Of a stretch of 64,000 nt of DNA, positions 38,241 to 48,087 are shown piece by piece. A program made the position numbers and the translations under genes. Position 1 is the stretch's first letter, and each line of letters starts with the position of its first letter. The notes beneath the pieces are model-generated. The model saw nothing but the letters and a program-made list of their open reading frames with translations. It did not search any database and was not told the origin of the DNA. The stretch is from Felis catus. Its lineage: Eukaryota. The stretch is taken from NCBI RefSeq assembly GCF_018350175.1, contig NC_058368.1, positions 31,498,001 to 31,562,000 of the forward strand. The letters are read 5' to 3'.

Positions 38241-39308
38241 CAATAGTCCCCGCCACCCCCCTCCACAATTTCACATTCCGTGATTTCAGTAACCTGCCCC
38301 GTGGTGACCCATGGTCCAGAGCAGATGATCCTCCTTCTGACATATGGTCAGAGGTCAAAAGTAGCCTAACATTACCAACACTATGTCATAGTACCTGTGT
38401 CATTCACCTCACTTCATCCCATCATGTAGGCATTTTACGATCTCACATCATCACAAGAAGGTTGAGTACAGTACAAGGAGAGATTCTGAGAGATAGGGAG
38501 GATGTGGGAAACAAAGGCAAAAGAAAAAAATTAAATTTCCTTACAACTTACAGCCCATTTTAAGTCCCTTAGACATGCAGAGTGACCTTCGTCTGGGGGC
38601 TCAGCTGCCTGAATGATGACACATTGCTAAGAGCAAAAGAAAATCTTAGCCCACTACCCTCCCCGCCGCCCCATCCTGTGAATCTGCTTTAAACATCTAG
38701 AAATTCCTTTGGAAACTTCCTTTATCTCTACCCCCCCAAGGTGTATGTGGGCAAACATACTTGAAGCATATGGCCCACTGATATATATCTGAAGGGGCTC
38801 ATGGCTAAGGTTTTACTAGACACTAATAAATGACCTTTTCCTAACAATAGCTGGCCCCATCAGGGCCCTGGAAACCTTGCTTCCCAGATACCTTAGAGAC
38901 TTATACTGCCCCTAACCCCGTCCCAACCTGAAGGTATATAATCAGTTACCTGTCACAACCCCAGTGCAGCTCTTTCTGCCCACAGGTGCTGTCCCAGTGC
39001 TTTAATAAAACCATTTTTTTGCATCAAAGACATCTCAAGAAATCTTTCTTGGCTGTCGGCCTCCAACATTTCCACATGAAGAGAGACAGGGAGACTACAT
39101 TCACATAACTTTTATTACGGCATATTGTTATGAGTGTACTATTTTATTAGGTATTGTTGGTCTCTTACTGTGCCTAATTTATATATTAAACTTGATCATA
39201 GGCACATATGTATAGGAAAAAACATGGCATATATAGGGTTCTGAGTGGTTTCAGGCATCCACTGGGGGTCTTGGACCATATCTCCCACAGATAAGAGGGG
39301 GACCACTC
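38241..39308 (+). mobile_element. MER44/Tigger7-like TcMar DNA transposon split by an LTR
   Basis: TA|CAATAGTCCCC...GATAAGAGGGGGACCACTC|TA gives degenerate TIRs with TA TSD. Internal CATTCACATAACTTTTATTAC and TTTCAGGCATCCACTGGGGGTCTTGG. Confidence 0.88.
38503..39079 (+). mobile_element. Carnivore ERV1-type solo LTR nested in MER44
   Basis: TGTGGGAAAC start, TATATAA at 38935-38941, AATAAA at 39004-39009. MER44 sequence resumes afterwards. Confidence 0.8.
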
Positions 39309-40901
39309 TACTATATATACTGATCGAGCTAATTTTGCCCTTTGAATTCCGATTCCTGCCATCTGCCTTGCTCGCTGACGATCTGCTTCTTTTCTGCTTG
39401 GGTAGACTTCCCAGATCAGTTCTCATTCCTGCTGCTCAGGGCTTGACCCCCAACTCCTACCCAAACTTACATATTCACCTCTCTTCCTGCCTCAGGGCCC
39501 CAGAATACAGCTCCCTTTCCAGCTTCCTGTTCCTGTTAAGCCTAGGCTGCTGTCAAGTCTGTTTCTTTTCTTTGGATCCAGTTTTGAAAATGACCCCATT
39601 CCTTTTGAACCAATTTCACAAGCTAATTAGAAAATGATTTGCACACATATATTCTTTCTCACTCATGCTTCTTTGTTCAGCATCTTGTAGGCATTCCAAC
39701 CACCCCGTTCTAGTGGGCCCCAGGCTCTGCTGGAATTCTGGCTGGTCACTATTTCCATTGTTCCTCTCCTTTCTCACATCGTTTAATACAGTAGCTGATT
39801 GATTTTCAGGTTTTAAAATTTAATGTTATTATCCCATAAATATTATATAACAATTTTTTTCTGAAGTTTAAGAGTTGATAATCTTGGGAAATTTGTAACT
39901 ATCAAATAATTACACAAAAAACCCCAGAAGTCTCAAGGACAATATAGTAATTTCTGTTCATTTTATTTTTAAAAACTTTACATGTGATTTCTATTATTGT
40001 TACCAGTTTTCCCTTTGGATCTGAATATGTAAAATAACAACTGTAGTCATAACTTTTGTTTAATCATTAAAGAATTATCTTTGAAATATGAGACCATATA
40101 TTGTCCTGTTTTTAGTTAACCTAAGATGATTAAGACTAGATGCTTTTTACATCCTTACCCAGTCAAAAAATACATAAACACACATTTTCAAGGAAATTTC
40201 TTCTAGAATCAGCAGCATTAGTCGTATAAGGTATGTGTGTATGTAGATAGCCACACACACACACACACATCATGTATATGTGTATCAGTTTGTGTGTGTA
40301 TATTCATACATGCATATATATTTAGGATGCTGTGTTCAGACTTTCAGTGTGCTTCAACAATGGCATTGACATATTCTGTGTTCAAAGGATTCACAGAGGA
40401 ATTGGAGATCTTACTTTATACAATGCCAACTTTTATGGTGGACTTTCTGTTTATTTCAAAATGCTGGTCCCTCTCCACTTGCCTTTGTACTGACTCCTAT
40501 CTTACCTTAGGCCAGGAAGCATGCTGAGCAGCTTCCAACAAAGTGCGACCAAGGATGTCTCACAATCAGCTCTGCAGGAAGGACTGTATGAAGTTGAGTT
40601 GTGCCCATCCCCCAGAGTCAGCTCTAAGCCTTAGCTTTGCTAATGAGCCCAGTTTTCACCAGCATGCAAAATGCTCTGTTACTGTTTCACAGTGTTGGCT
40701 GCTTTGCTAAACTTTTAAGTCACAGTGATTTCCTTTTTTTTTTTTTTTTTTGCCTTGTAAATGCTTTGCAGTTTTCTGCAATGCTGAGGATTTTCCAAAA
40801 TCAATGAAGAATGTGATTCAACAATCTCCTATTTTACATTTTGTTTTTATGGTTTTTTTTCTTCTTTTTGGTGACCATGTCAGATTAAAAGAATTATTTT
40901 T

Positions 40902-41117
40902 GGGGCGCCTGGGTGGCTCAGTCAGTTGAGTGTCCGACTTCAGCTCAGGTCATGATCTCATGGCTTGTGGAGTTTGACCCCCCAATTGGGCTCTGTGCTG
41001 ACAGCTCAGAGCCTGGAGCCTGCTTCAAATTCTGTCTCTGTCTCTCTCTCTCTGCCCAACCTATGCTCACGCTCTGTCCCTCTCTCTCAAAAATAAATAA
41101 ACATTAAAAAATAAAAA
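40902..41117 (+). mobile_element. Can-SINE (SINEC_Fc type)
   Basis: Head, CT tract and A tail. TSD TAAAAGAATTA(T/C)TTT. Confidence 0.96.
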
Positions 41118-41286
41118 TAAAAGAATTACTTTTTATCTCTTGAAACATTTTTATAAGAAAGTGCACATGGCAAAGAATTTGAGATTTTATTTGCTTTTGC
41201 AAATAATGGTTTGTCATTGTTTGGCAAATCTTAGTATCTTTTCAGTCTATACCCCCTAAGTACAGAGTATCATCACTATTGTTTTT

Positions 41287-41600
41287 TATTGGTGACTAAT
41301 TGATACACAATAATATGTTAGTTTCAGATGTACAGCATAGTGATTTGGTATGTATATACATTACAAAATGGTCACCACAATAATCTTGTTACCATCTGTC
41401 ACCATACAAAATTTTTATGATAAGATAGGCTATATTCCCTGTGTTGTATGCTACAGCCCTGTCTTATTCATTTTATAACTGGAAGATTTTAAATATTCAT
41501 TTATTTGCTTATGTATGAGTTTGATTATTTTTATATGCTTGTCTCCTTTGGGGTTTCTTAGTCTGTAAACTTATGTTGATGTTCCATACTTAGTTTTTGT
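41287..41600 (-). mobile_element. L1 3' fragment (L1MA9/old carnivore L1-like) with TSD
   Basis: TTAGTTTCAGATGTACAGCATAGTGATT...GTTACCATCTGTCACCATACAAA. TSD ATCACTATTGTTTTT at 41272-41286 and 41601-41615. Confidence 0.8.
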
Positions 41601-41619
41601 ATCACTATTGTTTTTATTT

Positions 41620-42160
41620 TCATTCATTTAATCAATAGATGCTTAATTGAGCCTGTACTCTATGCTAGATCATTCTCTTGGCACTGAGGATACCATATAG
41701 AACAGAATTACCGCCTCTGGAGCTTATGTGCCCAAGAGTGGGGTGGGGAGACTGGCAATCAGCAAGATAAATAACTGGTTAAATATAGAGCAAGTTAGAT
41801 AGTGGTAAGTGATAAGAGGGAAAATAAAGAGGGACTTTCAAATTTGAATAGTGGCCAAAGATGGCTTTCTTTTTGGGGAAATCAATAGTTGATTAAAGAT
41901 CTTCTGAAGAAAAAGAATGATGGGCCCTGCAAATATCTGAAAAAAGAAACATGCCAAGCAAAGAAAAGAGAAAAGAAAAATGCACTGAGGCAGGAGCACG
42001 CCTGATGTGTCCTGGGAACATCAGGTATGCCAGTGTGGGTGGGGCGAGGGCTGATGGGGATGGGGGGGGGGGTGTCATTCTGCAACAATTCTGGCAATCA
42101 ATAATGGTAGCTTGGATGAGGGTAGAACAGAGGAGGTAGTGAAAAAGAGCAGAATGGTAA
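41620..42160 (-). mobile_element. L2 3' end, antisense
   Basis: TTCATTCATTTAATCAA...TTGAGCCTGTACTCTATGCTAG...GGCACTGAGGATAC. Confidence 0.7.
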
Positions 42161-42742
42161 AAGAACCTAGATGGGACAGAAAAAATACTGTTTTAAAAAT
42201 AGGCAGCAAATTAGAACTAGGGTAGAGAAGAATGAGAATTTGATGTCTGTTTTAAGATTTATTTCCACTTCTCATTTTGTACTAAGGAAATCTCTCTATA
42301 GATGATCTTTTAATGCCTTCTGCAATATGCTGAAATTTCTATCAAATCAATTCCAAATTCAAAATCTCCTTATAAAACTATTTGTTCATCTCCAACACTC
42401 TGATTTTATTCAGGTTATATTATATATCAAAGGTTTTCCCTCTATTACCTTTTTTGTATAAGTTAATAACTACTATTAAATAGATTTAGAAATAAGCGTC
42501 TAAAAATACTACTATGCAACTTTGTGTTTCAGGCTGTTTTATTAATTTTTAAAATCTAGTAAACACTGAATGCTTATAATGCACTCCCCCCCCCAATATA
42601 TTGATTACTAGGTGTAGGACTGACTCCCAGGATTTTAGTCAAATTGTAAAATTATCCACAAGCAGCAACAAAAGACTATGATTACCCCTATTTCCAAAGT
42701 CATCTATTATATCACATAAAAGTGCAATGGACTAGGAAAGAA

Positions 42743-42744
<2 letters not shown>

Positions 42745-42786
<42 letters not shown>
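42745..42786. repeat. (GT)21 microsatellite
   Basis: Perfect dinucleotide run. Confidence 0.98.
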
Positions 42787-42789
<3 letters not shown>

Positions 42790-43189
42790 TGGGTGACCTA
42801 TATATAGTCTTGTTGCATGAAACAAGGAGGTCTTTATATACACACATAAAGCTGTTACTTGATTTTTTACATTCCCATTGTTCTTTGAAAAAATCACATA
42901 GGCTTTTCATAATTCCACTCTGAGAGTTTCAAGGAAAAGATTTTCCCCAAATGAAAAATTATTCTATGTCAGTTTTATGTGATACATGGATGAAAATATG
43001 CAGGTTCAATAAGAATTTCTTTTTTTACTTACAGGAACTGATGCAAAATATTACAGAACAGTACTTCCTTTGTATAAATAAATGCTCTAAGTTAAACTCT
43101 AAACACTTTGTAGTGACAAATTTTCTGTTATATTTTCAATGACACTAAAAACATAAAAAATTTAGATGGTTGTACCAATTTAATGGTCC

Positions 43190-43305
43190 ATGTAGTTGAT
43201 TGTGCATCCTGATCACCTGTAGGACCTTTTCAAACACAAATTGCTGAGCCCCCTCTCCCAGAGTTTCTGATTCAATACATTGGGGTGGGGCGCAAACGTT
43301 TGCAC
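43190..43305. mobile_element. MER5A fragment
   Basis: GATCACCTG...ATTGCTGAGCCCC...CCCAGAGTTTCTGATTCA...GGGGTGGGGC. Confidence 0.65.
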
Positions 43306-43949
43306 AAATGCTTCTTCCACTGTTCACTGAACAGCGTTTCATAAGTCAGACCAACCATGCCTCCCACAAAGCCTCATTCTTGACTTTTGCATCATTTTCT
43401 GAAAATGCATTTTCAGTACCTTACCCTGAATTGGGTATTGTTCTATAAAGAACTTGAGCTTGAAGCACATTCACCAAGAATGCATTGTTTTTAGTAAATG
43501 GACTAAATTTGTACTGTTTATTTTTTTTTTCACCTCAGCAAGTCTGATGACTTAATTTTCCCAGTTGATATATAACAAACCTTTTCTTCTACCAGTTCTT
43601 TTAGTCCGTTTTTGAGGATGTTTACAAACAAAAATCCTGTAAATTTGTCATCATATTGAAGTTGGAGACTGGGAAACAGAACTGAAGAGAAAATTTTACA
43701 GGGCATTCTTGTTCCTCACCAAGTGGAAACTGAAGCAGGGAGCTGAGAAAAATCTCTCTAAAGTGCTCCCCCCACTCCCAACTGATTTCACTGAATGCAC
43801 TGTAGCTGTCCTAGGAAGGGGGAAGTCTGGGAACCAAGAATTCCTGAGGGCAGAAAACTGGGGGTGGGACTCAGAGCAGAGATTCCCCATGACACAAAGA
43901 GGAGGCAGATATTCTGTAAATTGAAGAGATTTCCCATTGTTAGGAGAGT

Positions 43950-44795
43950 AACGAAGAATATCAAAGAGGAGAAATATCTGGTTAAATATTTAAAAAAATC
44001 CTTATTATCTTTGGTTAAAATACGATTTCCCATTTAAATAAAATAATAAAAATACACTGTTGAGTAGACAAAATTGGTTGGTGGGGATAAACATTTTATA
44101 TATACAAATGGTTTTTATGTCATTTGAGTAGCTTATTATTACGTGTATTTAGGCTGAGATAAATTAAAGATTCATCTTGTCATCCTTAGAAAACCAGATA
44201 CATTGCTTAAACATCAAGAGACAAAATAAAAATGTAGGGAAAAGGAAGGAGAAAAGAAGAATTAATACGTTAATTAAACATGTAAAGGTTCAAGGATTTG
44301 CTTAAAAACTGCCAAACCAGTTAGTAAAAAAAAAAAAAAAAAGTTATGAAGGTACTAAAAGTCAATAAACAAGTAAAAAGGTACAAAGCCACTCACTTGA
44401 ACAAAAATCAAAAATATCAACTTTACTAAATATCAAAACATTTTGTAAAGCAAAAAAACATAGAAAACTCAGGATATATAAAATATTATACACAATTATT
44501 ATAACAGAAGATTCTGGAAGAGACCAAATACATCAGTATTAGCAACTAAATGAGATTAACAAATTTACCTATTAAAGGAAAATAAAATTTTATTTTGTCT
44601 CAAAATCAAGAGGCAACTAAAATGCTATGAACAAACAAAACAGAAAACAAAATTAATGTGACATAAGGTAAACATTTTAAAAAGGGATTTACTTTTAAAA
44701 CCAAGCAAATTGAAGCAATAAGAAAGTAGCTTTGTGATTCTGGCATCACACAATGCAGAACTCAAGCTTAAAAGAATCAAACTTGACAAAAGATG
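43950..44795 (+). mobile_element. Ancient L1 inter-ORF / ORF2 endonuclease-start fragment
   Basis: A-rich. CCAAATACATCAGTA, TACCTATTAAAGG and GCATCACACAATGCAGAACTCAAG...GACAAAAGA resemble the decayed ORF2 5' end. Confidence 0.45.
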
Positions 44796-45120
44796 TACCT
44801 GGTATTTCTTCCACATTTTCGTACCCAAATTCTACCTGGTTTGTCTTGCTTTTTCCTCATTACTTTCTTACCTCTCTTTCCTACTTTCCCTCTTAATCAT
44901 GTTTTCCTGTCTCAGTGGCCCTTTAATTTTTCTTTTTTTTTTATATTCTGCATTCAGCATTTTAATACATGGATCAATTTAATGTAACTTGGAATTTTCT
45001 GTTTATATAATCAACCAAATTCTGGTTTGTATCATAATGTTCCAGGAATGTAAAGAGAAAAACATAAGAACTTGAGGGGGGAAGGTTGCTAATGATGTAC
45101 ATTAAGAATTTTGTTGACTT

Positions 45121-45192
45121 CCTCTCCTCTCCTCTCCTCTCCTCTCCTCTCCTCTCCTCTCCTCTCCTCTCCTCTCCTCTCCTCTCCTCTCC
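45121..45192. repeat. (CCTCT)14 pentanucleotide microsatellite
   Basis: Perfect 14-unit array. Confidence 0.98.
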
Positions 45193-45199
45193 CATTATC

Positions 45200-45670
45200 T
45201 CTATCAGTCAATGTCTAATCAGAAAAGCAAAATCTACTCTTGATATTTCAACCAAAGAGAGATTTATATAAAACAAATTGCAAGATTATTAGAAAGAATA
45301 AAAGAGCAACAAAACTAAAAAGTTGTTGCTCAGAGATCAGACAGTTGTCACTGTCCCTGGCCTGCCCAGGGATCCATGCTTATGTTCGAGTTGATGGAGG
45401 CACAACTGCTACCACTGGACAGGTCTGTCAACCACTGTCCCTGGGACACCAATTCTACTGGAGGCCACCATCACTTTTAGCCACTGGCCTCTACAGTTGC
45501 TTCTACCACTACTAGAGCAAGAAACAGAATAACTTTTCTCTTCTTGTCTTCTTATATGCCAGAGTTTTCTTTTGGGCAAAACTAACTAGAACCCAAATAA
45601 CAAAAGAATCTGAAAAGTGCCATCTTCTATGATACAGAAGAGACAAAAGAAGGGAGACTTTAACACATAA
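45200..45670 (-). mobile_element. Old LTR (LTR78/LTR79-like)
   Basis: ATCAGTCAATGTCTAATCAGAAAAGCAAAATC...GAGAGATTTATATAAA and GGCAAAACTAACTAGAACCC...GAATCTGAAAAGTG. Confidence 0.4.
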
Positions 45671-45992
45671 GAGATCAATATTAATAGCCTTTCTTTCTCT
45701 CTCTCTCTCTCTCTCTCTCTTACCTACCATCTATCTATCTAACGCGTATTGAAGACCACTTAACAAAACATCAACTCTTTATAATGGAATTTACAGTGAT
45801 TTAAATATATACTGATTAATTTCAGTTAATTTATATAAATGTTCATGTTGATAAAATTGCTGAATGGACTTTTTTTTGCAGTAATAAGAGTTTATAAATT
45901 AATACATTTCCTCTTCCAAAGATTGTCTTTTTTTCTTTTTCATATCTTCAGTATTTCTGAAACTGAGATTCCTTTAAAAGTCAAAGAATTCA

Positions 45993-46170
45993 GGGGCACC
46001 TGGGTGACTCAGTCAGTTGACCATCTGACTCTTGATCTCAGCTCAGGTCATGATTCCAGAGTCCTAGGATTGAGCTCCACAATGAGTGTGGATTCTGCTT
46101 AAGATTCTCTCTCTCCCTCTCTCTTCCTGTCTCCCCCACTCATACAATCTCTCTAAAATTAAAAAAAAAA
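45993..46170 (+). mobile_element. Can-SINE (older subfamily)
   Basis: GGGGCACCTGGGTGACTCAG...CTCTTGATCTCAGCTCAGGTCATGA and A tail. Confidence 0.93.
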
Positions 46171-46253
46171 TCAATTAATTCAAAAACCCAAGTTAATTTT
46201 TTATGGAAAAATGTTATTAATAGTACTGCTTATAAAAAGAGATGTATTTTCTA

Positions 46254-46289
46254 TTTTTTTTTAATATGAGGAAGAGAGAGTGAGAGTGG

Positions 46290-46350
<61 letters not shown>

Positions 46351-46481
46351 TCTTAAACAGGGTCCACGCCCAGCAAGGAGCCCATACAGGGCTTGATCCA
46401 ACAACCCTGGGATCATGACCTGAACTGAAGTCCAGACTTGGACGCTTGGACGCTCAACCAACTGAGCCACCCAGGTACCCC
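46254..46481 (-). mobile_element. Can-SINE with expanded (GA)n tract
   Basis: Antisense SINE with (AG)n at 46293-46350. TSD AAGAGA..GTATTTTCTA. Confidence 0.93.
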
Positions 46482-46568
46482 AAGAGAAAAGTATTTTCTA
46501 CACAATTCACTGTATCATCATCGCAAATAAATTGTTTCTTGCAGTATGTTTTTGTTCCCATTAACACA

Positions 46569-46570
<2 letters not shown>

Positions 46571-46616
<46 letters not shown>
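46571..46616. repeat. (TG)23 microsatellite
   Basis: Perfect dinucleotide run. Confidence 0.98.
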
Positions 46617-46617
<1 letters not shown>

Positions 46618-46684
46618 TTAAACTAATAGTCCATTTGGAGAAAAAAAATACTATTTATATTAAGAACATTTAGAAAGGATATCA

Positions 46685-46798
46685 TTTTGTCTAAAGTTTT
46701 ATTTATTTACATAACCTCTACACCCAATGTGGGGCTCAAACTCACTACCCTGATATCAAGAGTCACATGCTCTTCTGACTGAGCCAGCCAGGTGCCCC
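46685..46798 (-). mobile_element. Short Can-SINE
   Basis: CTCTACACCCAATGTGGGGCTCAAACTCAC...GAGCCAGCCAGGTGCCCC, the same type as 1086-1210. Confidence 0.9.
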
Positions 46799-47449
46799 AA
46801 GCAAGAGTATCTTTCTATGAATTTCTCTAGCTAAATATATTCATGAATGAACAGCATACTGAAATATTTTCTTTCTTCATTACCTCTTCTAGGAATTATT
46901 TACTAAATAGTATCATTAAATAATATAAAACAACATTAACTTAGTATCGACATATGTATCTTATAGGTGGTATAATTGCCTAATCTGACTTTCTTTTCAA
47001 ATAACGTAAACACCCTAACTAGTGATTGTCCACTATGGGATTAGCTTCCAATCTGAATTTCTGAAGTTCGTGGTGGGTCACAACTTTTATGATATGATTG
47101 TTGAGATTCTTAAGTTTCTTGATGTTCTTGGATCCTATTCTATTCACATTCCAGATTGTGAATGAGTCCATCTAATTCTGAATCCTAAGGTCATATGGTG
47201 CCAAATTTCTTGCTGTTTGTGTCACAGGAAGAAGAACATATTTATTTTCCTTGTGTTCTCCATGCCCCCTTTTCCCCCTAAGTTCTTTCTTTCTTAGGGT
47301 ATTGCTCCTTCTGCTTCCTCTGGAGCCATTTTCTGGAGTCATCTTCTCCCTTGTAGATCTTTCTAGCTCATTTACCTGTTCTTGTATTTCTGTATCTTAA
47401 ATACACTCAGAATCAATATTTACTCCTATGTTTTAATACATTATATGGC

Positions 47450-47865
47450 CAAAGAGCATAGGATGTGAATAAAACTGCTTGCGTTGCAATCACAGATCTA
47501 CTACCTACTAGATTAGCTGTAATATAGGAGCTTTACATGACATTTCTTAGCCTCAGTTTTCTCATTTGTAAAGTATAGCTCATAATAGTATATACTGCAT
47601 GGAGTAGTTGTGATACATGTATTTTTTATGTTTATTTATTTTTGAGAGAGAAAGTACAAGCAGGGGAGGGGCAGAGAGAGAAGAGAGGCAGAGAGGGTCT
47701 GAAGTGGGTTCCGCACTGATAGCAGCAAGCCTGATGTGGGGCTCAAACTCTAGACCCATAGATCATGGCCTGAGGTCCTGAGCCGAAGTAGGATACTCAA
47801 CTGACTGAGCCACCCAGGCACCCCGGTAGCTGGGATCTTTAAAGTGAAATAAAAGCAGCACATTA
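47450..47865 (+). mobile_element. MIR interrupted by SINEs
   Basis: AGCCTCAGTTTTCTCATTTGTAAA core. Confidence 0.65.
47620..47824 (-). mobile_element. Can-SINE
   Basis: Antisense SINE with degenerate TSD GTAG(T/C)TG(T/G)GAT. Confidence 0.94.
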
Positions 47866-48087
47866 GGGACACCTGGGTGGCTCAATCTGTTTAGGGTCTG
47901 ACTTTGGCTCCGGTCATGATCTCATAGTTCGTGGGTTTGAGCCCCACGTTGGGCTCTGTGCTGACAGCTCAGAGCCTGGAGCTCAGAGCCTGGAGCCTGT
48001 TTCGTATTCTGTCTCTCCCTCTCTCTGCCCCTTCCCCACTCGTGCTCTTTCTCTCTCAAAAATAAATAAACATTAAAATTTTTTTTA
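47866..48087 (+). mobile_element. Can-SINE with an internal 14-bp duplication
   Basis: TSD AAAA(G/T)CAGCACATT. AGCTCAGAGCCTGG occurs twice in tandem. Confidence 0.95.

Noticed and set aside
44974..45271. GEERR / LLSSP repeat peptides (also HTHT and CVCV peptides elsewhere)
   Set aside because: They are translations of the (CCTCT)n, (CA)n and (TG)n microsatellites.
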